From: Antedon mediterranea | Taxonomy: Eukaryota; Animalia; Echinodermata | Length of the DNA stretch: 64,000 bases | Direction: 5' to 3' | Assembly: GCF_964355755.1 (NCBI RefSeq) | Contig: NC_092678.1 | Span: 25,991,567 to 26,055,566 of the forward strand | Shown: piece by piece, positions 13,365 through 26,689 of the stretch | Position numbering within the stretch: the first letter of the stretch is position 1 | Layout: each line of letters begins with the position of its first letter | Translations under genes and position numbers: made by a program | The notes under the pieces: model-generated | What the model saw: only the letters and a program-made list of their open reading frames with translations | Told to the model about the DNA's origin: nothing | The model's database searches: none

Positions 13365-16300
13365 ACAGTCATAACATCAACATGATCAACATTCAGGTAC
13401 ATCAGTATCATCAACATTCAGGTACATCAGTATCATCAACATTCAGGTACATCAGTATCATCAACAGTCTTTAATAATAGTCACATCAACATGATCAACA
13501 TTCAGGTACATCAGTATGATCAACAGTCTTTAATAATAGTCACATCAACATGATCAACATTCAGGTACATCAGTATGATCAACAGTCTTTAATAATAGTC
13601 ACATCAACATGATCAACATTAGGTACATCAGTATGATCAACAGTCTTTAATAATAGTAACATCAACATGATCAACATTCAGGTACATCAGTATCATCAAC
13701 ATTCAGGTACATCAGTATGATCAACAGTCTTTAATAATAGTCACATCAACATGATCAACATGAGGTACATCAGTATCATCAACAGTCTTTAATAATAGTC
13801 ACATCAACATGATCAACATTCAGGTACATCGGTATGATCAAGTCTTTAATAATAGTCACATCAACAAGATCAACATTCAGGTACATCAGTATGATCAACA
13901 GTCTTTAATAATAGTCACATAAACATGGTCAACATTCAGGTACATTAGTATGATCAACAGTCTTTAATAATAGTCACATCAACATGGTCAACATTCAGGT
14001 ACATCAGTATCATCAACAGTCTTTAATAATAGTCACATCAACATGATCAACATTCAGGTACATCGGTATGATCAAGTCTTTAATAATAGTCACATCAACA
14101 AGATCAACATTCAGGTACATCAGTATGATCAACAGTCTTTAATAATAGTCACATCAACATGATCAACATTAGGTACATCAGTATCATCAACAGTCTTTAA
14201 TAATAGTCACATCAACATGATCAACATTCAGGTACATCGGTATGATCAAGTCTTTAATAATAGTCACATCAACAAGATCAACATTCAGGTACATCAGTAT
14301 GATCAACAGTCTTTAATAATAGTCACATCAACATGATCAACATTCAGGTACATCAGTATGATCAACAGTCTTGAATAATAGTCACATCAACATGATCAAC
14401 ATTCAGGTACATCAGTATGATCAACAGTCTTTAATAATAGTCACATCAACATGATCAACATTCAGGTACATCAGTATGATCAAGTCTTTAATAATAGTCA
14501 CATCAACATGATCAACATTCAGGTACATCAGTATCATCAACAGTCTTTAATAATAGTCACATCAACATGATCAACATTCAGGTACATCAGTATCATCAAC
14601 AGTCTTTAATAATAGTCACATCAACAAGATCAACATTCAGGTACATTAGTATGATCAACAGTCTTTAATAATAGTCACATCAACATGATCAACATTCAGG
14701 TACATCAGTATCATCAACAGTCTTTAATAATAGTCACATCAACAAGATCAACATTCAGGTACACCAGCATGATCAACATTCAGGTACATCAGTATGATCA
14801 ACAGTCTTTAATAATAGTCACATCAACATGATCAACATTCAGGTACATCAGTATGATCAAGTCTTTAATAATAGTCACATCAACATGATCAACATTCAGG
14901 TACATCAGTATCATCAACAGTCTTTAATAATAGTCACATCAACATGATCAACATTCAGGTACATCAGTATCATCAACAGTCTTTAATAATAGTCACATCA
15001 ACAAGATCAACATTCAGGTACATTAGTATGATCAACAGTCTTTAATAATAGTCACATCAACATGATCAACATTAGGTACATCAGTATCATCAACAGTCTT
15101 TAATAATAGTCACATCAACATGATCAACATTCAGGTACATCAGTATCATCAACAGTCTTTAATAATAGTCACATTAACATGATCAACATTCAGGTACATC
15201 AGTATGATCAACAGTCTTTAATAATAGTCACATTAACATGATCAACATTCAGGTACATCAGTATGATCAACAGTCTTTAATAATAGTCACATCAACATGA
15301 TCAACATTCAGGTACATTAGTATGATCAACAGTCTTTAATAATAGTCACATCAGTATGATCAACATTCAGGTACATCAGTATGATCAACAGTCTTTAATA
15401 ATAGTCACATCAACATGATCAACATTCAGGTACATCAGTATGATCAACAGTCTTTAATAATAGTCACATTAACATGATCAACATTCAGGTACATCAGTAT
15501 GATCAACAGTCTTTAATAATAGTCACATTAACATGATCAACATTCAGGTACATCAGTATGATCAACAGTCTTTAATAATAGTCACATCAACATGATCAAC
15601 ATTCAGGTACATTAGTATGATCAACAGTCTTTAATAATAGTCACATCAACATGATCAACATTCAGGTACATCAATATGATCAACATTCAGGTACATCAGT
15701 ATCATCAACAGTCTTTAATAATAGTCACATCAACATGATAAACATTCAGGTACATCAGTATCATCAACAGTCTTTAATAATAGTCACATCAACAAGATCA
15801 ACATTCAGGTACATTAGTATGATCAACAGTCTTTAATAATAGTCACATCAACATGATCAACATTAGGTACATCAGTATCATCAACAGTCTTTAATAATAG
15901 TCACATCAACATGATCAACATTCAGGTACATCAGTATCATCAACAGTCTTTAATAATAGTCACATTAACATGATCAACATTCAGGTACATCAGTATGATC
16001 AACAGTCTTTAATAATAGTCACATTAACATGATCAACATTCAGGTACATCAGTATGATCAACAGTCTTTAATAATAGTCACATCAACATGATCAACATTC
16101 AGGTACATTAGTATGATCAACAGTCTTTAATAATAGTCACATCAGTATGATCAACATTCAGGTACATCAGTATGATCAACAGTCTTTAATAATAGTCACA
16201 TCAACATGATCAACATTCAGGTACATCAGTATGATCAACAGTCTTTAATAATAGTCACATTAACATGATCAACATTCAGGTACATCAGTATGATCAACAG

Positions 16301-17075
16301 TCTTTAATAATAGTCACATTAACATGATCAACATTCAGGTACATCAGTATGATCAAGTCTTTAATAATAGTCACATTAACATGATCAACATTCAGGTACA
16401 TCAGTATGATCAACAGTCTTTAATAATAGTCACATCAACATGATCAACATTCAGGTACATCAGTATGATCAACAGTCTTTAATAATAGTCACATTAACAT
16501 GATCAACATTAGGTACATCAGTATGATCAACAGTCTTTAATAATAGTCACATCAACATGATCAACATTCAGGTACATCAGTATGATCAACAGTCTTTAAT
16601 AATAGTCAAATTAACATGATCAACATTCAGGTACATCGGTATGATCAAGTCTTTAATAATAGTCACATCAACATGATCAACATTCAGGTACACCAGTATG
16701 ATCAACATTCAGGTACATCAGTATGATCAACAGTCTTTAATAATAGTCACATCAACATGATCAACATTCAGGTACATCAGTATGATCAACATTCAGGTAC
16801 ATCAGTATCATCAACAGTCTTTAATAATAGTCACATCAACATGATCAACATTCAGGTACATCAGTATGATCAACAGTCTCTAATAATAGTCACATCAACA
16901 TGATCAACATTCAGGTACATCAGTATGATCAACAGTCTTTAATAATAGTCACATCAACATGATCAACATTCAGGTACATCAGTATGATCAACAGTCTTTA
17001 ATAATAGTCACATCAACATGATCAACATTCAGGTACATCAGTATGATCAACAGTCTTTAATAATAGTCACATCAA
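13365..17075. repeat. 59-bp tandem satellite, ~60 copies, intergenic, just downstream of MEST
   Basis: Unit aacagtctttaataatagtcacatcaacatgatcaacattcaggtacatcagtatgatc, with occasional internal sub-duplications. Confidence 0.95.
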
Positions 17076-17126
17076 TTGACAGAAGTTGACAAATGTATCA
17101 ATAAACAATTATTTCTTTATTCATTT

Positions 17127-20100
17127 TTATTTGTTAGAAAGTAAAATTGGTTTGATAAAGTTTTTAAAATGCTTGCTGACATTCTTTGGATCTTCCCAAT
17201 GTGGATAGTGACTTATGCTTGTATTAAGAACGTCTACACTGCAATTTGGAACAAGTTTTCTGGAAAATCAAAGATAACATGTTATTGGAAAAAAGCCACA
17301 CACAAAATGAAATTTTTTTAATCTATATTACAAGTGAGAGAGTTTGTACGTCTGTCTGTTTGTTTGTTTGTTCGTTATAAAAATTTTTTTTACTGCACGT
17401 AATCTTACATATGGGGTATCAAAATGACCGCAATTGTACCGGGAATGTTCTAAGCTATATTTCAACATCATCCGCCACCTAGGATCCAAGTTAGGGACCA
17501 AAATGTGGTCAAAACCCCCACTTTCGATGTTTGTTTGTTATACAAATTTCTGTTTCTGCACGTAACCATACATATGGGGTATCAAAATGATGGCAATTGT
17601 ACCCGGAAGGTTTTAAACTACATTTTAAAAACTCCTGGGGTTTTTGTGGAAGGGGTGGGGGTGTGTGGTGGTTTGTGATGTCATTTTTGCTAGGGCTCGG
17701 GGTTGTAGGCTATCGAATTGTAAAATTATACTAAAAAAGTATTTGAATTATCCTCAGCAGGGCGTTTGGGGAAGTATAGATATACATATTTTATTCATTA
17801 ACCAATATGACACCTATATTCAATTACACATTTAGCAAAGTACTTTAACCATATCCAGCTATGTATCAGTCTCTTGGACTGTCTCATTACAGATATCCAT
17901 TCCTGTGTGAACATACGTTGTTTACTGTTACTGTGTTCAACTACATCACCATGCCTCCACAGGAAAAACGTCAATTGTGGGAGAGTGGGGTTGGGAAATA
18001 GGGTTTGGGAGTTGGGGTTCAGGGGATAGTGGGGATTTTGCTTACATCAGAATTGTGGTTGGAAAATATTAAAGTATTCAATTATCCCTGGGAAGCGGCT
18101 GCCACTGAGGGATTATGGGTTGGGAGTGATAATAACATAATTTGTACTGGAACCGTCTTCAACACAACACATCACCCAGTGTATCTGGGGTGTGTTTGTA
18201 GGGGGAGGAGGAGGAGCGAAAATACTGGCGTAATGAAGTAGCCTATATGCTGGGAATTGTACTAGGAAAAGTTACTATATTTGAACTGTCCAGGGGAGGA
18301 GTTAAGGTTTGTTGATTGTGGCTGGGGTGGTGAGAGGAGAAAGAAGGCTGGGGGACCGCAGTATCTAAATTAGATATTTTAATTATCAGCCAATATGACA
18401 CCTATTCATTTACAAAATTTACAACGTACTTCAACCATTATTAGACCCATCATAGCTATGTATACTCCTCTCAATTTGAAGTTTAGATTGCATTGAATTT
18501 GTCCATCCCTGGGAAGAATTTGTTTTTAAAAAAGAGTATGGGGTAGTATTGAAGAGGGGTGGAGGTTGGTGAGTATAGACAGATACTGGCGTCGAGTGTT
18601 TAGAAGGCTTTAAACTAATTTTAAAACCCGCCCTGGGGCGGTTATAATTGCTAGTGAAGTTATATTTCTGGAAAGTATTCGAATACAAATTATTTCTTAC
18701 CTAAATCTCTTCAGAAAAGTTTCTGGCCCATTAATTGGATCACTTGGGCCATAAATAAGATGTACTAAAAAAGAAAGAAATAAATAAGAAGACTTCTGCT
18801 AAATATGAACATAAACTTTATTATTGTATCATCTTATGTGTTTATACCGTACGATACTATAACAAAATTAATTGTTTAATTTTTGAAAATAATTAATGAG
18901 ACCTTTGTGTACATACATGGCACTGTGGTGTTTTGTAGAACATGGACCCATATATCTCGTTTATATACTGGAGCAAGCTGTGATTATAACCCTAACCCTT
19001 TGTGTACATACATGGCACTGTGGTGTTTTGTAGAACATGGACCCATCTATCTCGATTGGCATGCCTTTGGTTTATACACTGGAGCAAGCTGTGATTATAA
19101 CCCTAACCCTTTGTGTACATACATGGCACTGTGGTGTTTTGTAGAACATGGACCCATCTATCTCGTTTATATACTGAAGCAAGCTGTGATTATAACCCTA
19201 ACCCTTTGTGTACATACATGGCACTGTGGTGTTTTGTAGAACATGGACCCATCTATCTCGATTGGCATGCCTTTGGTTTATATACTGGAGCAAGCTGAAA
19301 AACAAACAACATTTGTTGGTTAGTTTTCCAATCCTGTAAACTTTATGTTGCACATGTTATCTTCTATATTACAATACCCACTCAGCTGTTACTAGGTAGC
19401 CATCATTCCAAATATTAGCAGACCAGAAATCAGCTAATTCCTCTTCACTTGGTTTTGTATTCTCGCCAAATACATCTGAAAAACTAGAATAACATTTCTA
19501 TATCAACTAAAAACAACAATCATCATCTTAACATTTATTATCAATAGTTTTGACCAATAGCCTGCAACCAGTTTATAGTCTTACCTTTGTTTAAATATTA
19601 CATAATTTGTAAGTCTCATAAGTACAGGTGATAAATATTTGTTTAACAAAAGCTGAAATAAAAGATAATTTTACAAAATTAAAGATCAATATTCATTTGA
19701 TTTAGTTATTAAGTTATTAACTGCATCAATTACAAAGAAAATGGTTTACAAAAATATGAAAAACAAAATTTAAAGTATGATTTGATTTGTTTAGATTTGA
19801 ATATGCAATGTACAGTAGAACAAACCTTTTGAATCAATTTTGGATTGTGACTTTTAGGTAGGATTGTGACTTTTAGGTAGGATTGTGACTTTTAGGTAGG
19901 ATTGTGACTTTTAGGTAGGATTGTGACTTTTAGGTAGGATTGTGACTTTTAGGTAGGATTGTGACTTTTAGGTAGGATTGTGACTTTTAGGTAGGATTGT
20001 GACTTTTAGGTAGGATTGTGACTTTTAGGTAGGATTGTGACTTTTAGGTAGGATTGTGACTTTTAGGTAGGATTCCTAAAGAATGAAGAAAAGTTATTTT

Positions 20101-23100
20101 GAAGTAAAACAAACAAACCTTTTGTATGATTTTTGGAAAGTTTGTTTCAGGCAAAATACCTAAAGAAATCAAGAAACAATATTAGTATATTATTAAGCAA
20201 GTATAGGAGTACATGTGATTATTTAAATGTTTTTTTTCTGTCAGTTGCCACTCTACATACGTCTCAGCCATCCGCTTTTATCATCCATAGCTTTTCATTG
20301 TATTTCATTTTTATCCACCTGTCTTAAATTATTATTACACTCTCTACAGTACCAAACCAACATACAAGCATGCTTACCACCGTTTAGTAGTGTTACACTC
20401 TGTAATAAAATCCTGTCTTTTTCCCCATCTTCAAACCTATACAGTAAAAATATAAGATGTATTATTGCTATGCTACCCTAAGCATAATATAAGATGTATT
20501 ATTGTTATGCTACCTTAAGCATAATATAAGATGTATTAGTGTTATGTTACCTTAAGCATAATATAAGATGTATTATTGTTATGCTACCCTAAGCATAATA
20601 TAAGATGTATTATTGTTATGTTACCTTAAGCATAATATAAGATGTATTATTGTTATGCTACCCTAAGCATAATATAAGATGTATTATTGTTATGCTACCC
20701 TAAGCATAATATAAGATGTATTATTGTTATGCTACCCTAAGCATAATATAAGATGTATTATTGTTATGCTACCCTAAGCATAATATAAGATGTATTATTG
20801 TTATGCTACCTTAAGCATAATATAAGATGTATTATTGTTATGCTACCCTAAGCATAATATAAGATGTATTATTGTTATGCTACCTTAAGCATAATATAAG
20901 ATGTATTATTGTTATGCTACCCTAAGCATAATATAAGATGTATTATTGTTATGCTACCCTAAGCATAATATAAGATGTATTATTGTTATGCTACCCTAAG
21001 CATAATATAAGATGTATTATTGTTATGCTACCCTAAGCATAATATAAGATGTATTATTGTTATGCTACCCTAAGCATAATATAAGATGTATTATTGGTAT
21101 GCTACCTTAAGCATAATATAAGATGTATTATTGTTATGCTACCCTAAGCATAATATAAGATGTATTATTGTTATGCTACCCTAAGCATAATATAAGATGT
21201 ATTATTGTTATGCTACCCTAAGCATAATATAAGATGTATTATTGTTATGCTACCCTAAGCATAATATAAGATGTATTATTGTTATGCTACCCTAAGCATA
21301 ATATAAGATGTATTATTGTTATGCTACCTTAAGCATAATATAAGATGTATTATTGTTATGCTACCCTAAGCATAATATAAGATGTATTATTGTTATGCTA
21401 CCTTAAGCATAATATAAGATGTATTATTGTTATGCTACCCTAAGCATAATATAAGATGTATTATTGTTATGCTACCCTAAGCATAATATAAGATGTATTA
21501 TTGTTATGCTACCCTAAGCATAATATAAGATGTATTATTGTTATGCTACCCTAAGCATAATATAAGATGTATTATTGTTATGCTACCCTAAGCATAATAT
21601 AAGATGTATTATTGGTATGCTACCTTAAGCATAATATAAGATGTATTATTGTTATGCTACCCTAAGCATAATATAAGATGTATTATTGTTATGCTACCCT
21701 AAGCATAATATAAGATGTATTATTGTTATGCTACCCTAAGCATAATATAAGATGTGTTATTGTTATGCTACCCTAAGCATAATATAAGATGTATTATTGT
21801 TATGCTACCCTAAGCATAATATAAGATGTATTATTGTTATGCTACCTTAAGCATAATATAAGATGTATTATTGTTATGCTACCCTAAGCATAATATAAGA
21901 TGTATTATTGTTATGCTACCCTAAGCATAATATAAGATGTATTATTGTTATGCTACCTTAAGCATAATATAAGATGTATTATTGTTATGCTACCCTAAGC
22001 ATAATATAAGATGTATTATTGTTATGCTACCCTAAGCATAATATAAGATGTATTATTGTTATGCTACCCTAAGCATAATATAAGATGTATTATTGTTATG
22101 CTACCCTAAGCATAATATAAGATGTATTATTGTTATGCTACCCTAAGCATAATATAAGATGTATTATTGTTATGCTACCTTAAGCATAATATAAGATGTA
22201 TTATTGTTATGCTACCTTAAGCATAATATACGATGTATTATTGTTATGCTACCTTAAGCATAATATTAAGAACGAATTTTAGTTGTACTATTTATTTTTT
22301 ATAAGATGAAACTTTTAGAAGACATTCCAGTGTATAATTAGAATTTTTTAAATAAAGCATTAAAAGAAAAAATGCCCGGAAAGAAGCAATATGTTACTAC
22401 AGTACCTGGCTAGGATCTCTTGTGCGATGGTGTCACCTAGGTCATGGGCTAATATATTAACTTTGTTTATTGATAGACTTTTAAGTAGATATGTAATAAT
22501 ATCAGCTTGTTCAAAAACAGTGTAATTGTGTACTTTCTGAAAAACAAACCCCAAAAACAAAACATTAGCTAATTATAACAACCAGTATGTGTATAATTAG
22601 TATATTAGTTGTGTGGACTAAAAAACTGTATCATGTTCTTAACATGTTACTAGGTGCGGTACAATAGACAGAGAGTGTTATATATTGTTGTAAATAAGCA
22701 TGATTACTCACAGGCTTATCGCTGAACCCAAATCCTAGCATATCAGCAACAATGACTCTTCCAAATATATTCTGCAAGTCTGGCAAAATCTTTTAAAAAT
22801 AAAAAATGATCTTATTTATTTTCTTAATAAGAATTACCATGTTGTTACCTGCTCAGGTTTAAGTACTGTATGTTATAGTTAGTCTACTCAAACAGACTTT
22901 CCAGATGCCATACTATCAATGTAGTCACTACCTTTATAAAGTCAAAACTTGATGTTGGAAATCCATGAATACACACAAGAACATCTTCGTTATTTTCATT
23001 ACCATAATCTGTGATGAAAAATAACAAATCTAATTTAATTAGTAAAAAGGTTCATCTGGATCACTGTATTTAATGGATCTAATTTAATTCCTGAAAATAG

Positions 23101-23366
23101 TTTTTCTCTTGGACTGCTGCACTTCAGTAAACATTTCTAATGTACAGTGTTAATGTTAGTACCACCACCATCTTCTCTTGGCAGTTATTTGAGTATTTAC
23201 CATGATAGAAAATGTTGTTATTTTGAAAGTTAAACATCTTTCCAGATTGTTTCCATTTCTTTAATGTATCTGACAAAGGAGGAGGTGGATAGTTGAGAAA
23301 TACAGCAATTGCAGCAACACATGTTGATAGGAGGAGTAAGTACGACTTGTTGAGATGGAGGGACAT
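17127..23366 (-). CDS. MEST: Mesoderm-specific transcript homolog (alpha/beta hydrolase)
   Basis: Exons 23366-23201, 23008-22932, 22789-22712, 22536-22406, 20436-20378, 20159-20119, 19652-19585, 19483-19382, 19294-19218, 18764-18701, 17259-17127. Motifs HGFPTSSFD, DMLGFGFSDKP, AHDLG, LLQYINQR, IYGPSDPIN and ISHYP match MEST; hydrophobic N-terminus. Confidence 0.92.
17322..18654 (+). mobile_element. Non-autonomous Helitron-like element in the last MEST intron
   Basis: 5' TC after A (a|TCTATATTAC), GC hairpin ccgccctggggcgg ~10 bp before 3' CTAG|t, internal microsatellite and duplicated atggggtatcaaaatg blocks. Confidence 0.65.
18905..19296 (-). repeat. Tandem quadruplication of MEST exon 9 (77/61/77/61 nt) with 34-nt spacers
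   Basis: Copies 19294-19218, 19183-19123, 19088-19012, 18977-18917; copies 2 and 4 share a 16-nt deletion. Confidence 0.9.
19826..20075 (-). pseudogene. Duplicated MEST exon 6b interrupted by a 12x19-bp repeat expansion
   Basis: ctttag|GA ATC CTA CCT AAA AGT CAC AAT C...CA AAA TTG ATT CAA AAG|gtttgt. Collapsing the repeat to one unit gives a 41-nt exon (GILPKSHNPKLIQK) parallel to exon 6a. Confidence 0.8.
20448..22265. repeat. 37-bp tandem array (~49 copies) in a MEST intron
   Basis: Unit aatataagatgtattattgttatgctaccctaagcat, very homogeneous. Confidence 0.95.
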
Positions 23367-24017
23367 CTAAAACAAAATACAAAATCACTTTAATTTACCT
23401 ACCCTCTCATTAGAGAAGTTATTAGTGGGGATCCCACATTCTGGCCTACCTAGCGCCCCTCTCTCACACCTGGGAGGTATTCCCATACCTTCATGCTCTC
23501 ACACTCAGACCTAACCCTACGTACTTAACACTCTAGGCCTAGGACTACTAGCTAGCCTATGTAGCCTAGGCTCTAGGCGGCCTACTCTACTACGAACGAG
23601 GATGGCCTACTTACTTACTACAAACAAACGGTTAACAACCCCACAAACACCTAGGCCTACTAGTATTAAATGCCTAACTACTAGCCAGAGGACCTATACT
23701 AGGCCTAGTTTAATAATACTGTACTACTGTACTATGATTAATTATCTATTTGAGTCTATCTATATGTGTTTTAGTTTATAAAACACATTAACCGGCCACG
23801 CAGGTATATAAACTATACCAAACTGGCGAGTAAATCATGTTTTACTTTTTAAACCTCGCAACGTCTGGTTGAACAGGCTACTTGGACAAATATTTTCTAT
23901 TAGCCTAGGGGTTATTGCGATTTGGATGTTTCTGATTGGTTGTAGCCATGGACTATATTGATTAACACTGTTCTGATTGGTTGTAGCTTTGAATACATCT
24001 TCTCGGAACTCGTCCTT

Positions 24018-24860
24018 AATACAATAGCAATTTAGCACAGTGTTTTACTATATAACCAGATAAATAATAGGAAACATTTAATAATTTGATAAATGACATT
24101 TAAATAGCAATTTAGGTAAATGTCTTTTGAAATGAAATTAAATAAATTATAACCAATTTGGTTAGAGTAAAACACAATGATAAAGAATAGGAAACATTTA
24201 ATAATATGATAAATTACATTTACATAGCAATTTAGCACTGTGTTTTACTATAACCAATTTGGTTAGAGTAAAACACAATGATAAAGAATAGGAAACATTT
24301 AATAATATGATAAATGACATTTACATAGCAATTTATCACTGTGTTTTACTATAACCAATTTGGTTAGAGTAAAACACAATGATAAAGAATAAGAAACATT
24401 TAATAATATGATAAATGTCATTACATAGCAATTTATCACTGTGTTTTACTATAACCAATTTGGTTAGAGTTAAACACAACGATAAAGAATAGGAAACATT
24501 TAAAAATATGATAAATGACACATTCACATAGCAATTTAGCACTGTGTTTTACTAAACCAATTTGGTTAGAGTAAAACACAACGATAAAGAATAAGAAACA
24601 TTTAATAACATGATAAATGTCATTACATAGCAATTTATCACTGTGTTTTACTATAACCAATTTGGTTAGAGTTAAACACAACGATAAAGAATAGGAAACA
24701 TTTAAAAATATGATAAATGACACATTCACATAGCAATTTAGCACTGTGTTTTACTATAACCAATTTGGTTAGAGTAAAACACAATGATAAAGAATAGGAA
24801 ACATTTAATAATATGATAAATTGCTAGCACTGTGTTTTACTATACCAATTTAGTTTTGGA
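24018..24860 (+). repeat. 101-bp satellite, left arm (~8 copies)
   Basis: Period 101 (24238 vs 24339); each unit holds the palindrome tgtgttttactataaccaatttggttagagtaaaacaca. Confidence 0.9.
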
Positions 24861-25209
24861 TAAAGAATATGAATTTAAAGAATGGATATAATATGATATG
24901 ATACAATATGATTTTCTATGATTAGTAAGACATTTTGGAATACTGCGTGCGTAGTGCATTTTAAAACCGTAAACGCATAAATTTGCGGACATACTCGTAA
25001 AACACACTTCCAGAGATTTAATAATTTTAACAGTACTACAACATCCATAATATAAAGTAGTATAGATTTGTACAAAAAGAGCAGAACAATTAAATTAACT
25101 GTCATTGCATCTACTGAACTGTCTCATTACATCTACTGAAAAATTCATCGCGATGAATTTATTAATACACCAATCAGATCACACGCAATTAGTATGGAAT
25201 GCCAGTTTA

Positions 25210-26050
25210 GGCGATGATAAAATCGCGTCGATGATGCAATGAAAATTGCGTCGATGAATATAGTATTGATGTAATGAAAATTTAAGTCGATGTGATGAAC
25301 ATTGCGTCGATGAAAATTGCGTCGATGAAAACTGCATCGATGAAAACTGCATCGATGAAAAAAAAAAAAATTTTTCATCGATGCAGTTTTCATCGATGAA
25401 AATTGCGATCTCCCTGCCGGTATGATTTGAATATTATGTCATGGATGCTGGACATCTGAATTTTATGTACTGTACTGGTGGATCAACGGAAGCAATTAGC
25501 TAAAAGATATAATGTTTCCGAAAGGACAATAATGGATCCATTGCTAAAATGTGTTGACAATAAATCACTAAAATGTTAATCAGTGCATATATTTCAACAT
25601 TGTTTTAGTGCGCGATCACTGTGCGCTTGTCTATAACGCGCGCTAGCGCAAGCGGTAAACATGTTTATCATATCAAAATATTCAGAAACCGTCAATTTTT
25701 AGCAACATAATAACATTATTAACATCATTATTAACATCATCATTTACTTTACTAGTAGTAATTTTCATCATTGATTGAATTAAAACCATTTGGAATTTTC
25801 ATAATCAATTAAATTCGTCACATCAATTTTCATCGATGCAGTTTTCATCGACGCAATTTTCATCGATGCAGTTTTCATCGACGCAATTTTCATCGACGCA
25901 ATTTTCGTCGATGCAATTTTCATCGACGCAATTTTCATCGACGCAATTTACATTGCATCGACGCAATCTACATTGCATCGACGCAATCTACATTGCGTCG
26001 ATGCAATTTTCATCGACGCAATTTCATCATCGACGCAATTTTTATCATCG
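25210..26050. repeat. Two oppositely oriented arrays of a 15-bp motif (aaaattgcgtcgatg / catcgacgcaatttt)
   Basis: Forward copies ~25215-25400, reverse copies ~25825-26050; resembles the subterminal repeats of a MITE or foldback element. Confidence 0.7.
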
Positions 26051-26689
26051 CCAAAAACTTGTGTAAAACGGCGTTCCATAATTAGTGACGAATCGCAGAT
26101 TCGCCGTTTATTGTTGTTGAGGCGCGTAAACAGTGTGCGCAATGCACGTTTTCTTCCCATGACGAGATGAATCGATATTCGACGCTTCGTGTGACGAATA
26201 ATCGCCAAATTATAATTAATATAATTAATTAATGAAATAAGATACGCAGTTGATGTTTGCATCAATTGTTCTTTAGAATAAATACTTTCGAATTACAAAA
26301 CAAAAAATGTGTGGTGAGTGACGATATGTTCAATCATGGACCTATAAATTACTAATTTATAGGTCCATGATTCAATATATGTAGCTTCAATTCAAACATA
26401 ATGTAACAGAAAATTCGAAGCGTAAAAAACGTTCGTTTACACAACACTTTTTGTTATACTTTATTATTGATTATTATATTATACAGGAATACTATTTATT
26501 TCCTCATTTCTACCAAAAATAAACAATATTTTGGATACAAAACTTTGTGCATGTGAATTACATTACCAAAATATTAAAATGAGGATAAAAAAACATCGCG
26601 TAAAATACTCGTATTCAAAAGCTTCTGAAATTTGTAGATATATGTCATGAAAAAGAAATTTGACATTCCCAATAATTTTTTTTGGTAAA

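Noticed and set aside
20261-20318. Apparent exon in a MEST intron (acag|GTGGATAA...|gtatgt)
   Set aside because: Immediate stop in the required phase and no similarity to MEST; at most a poison exon
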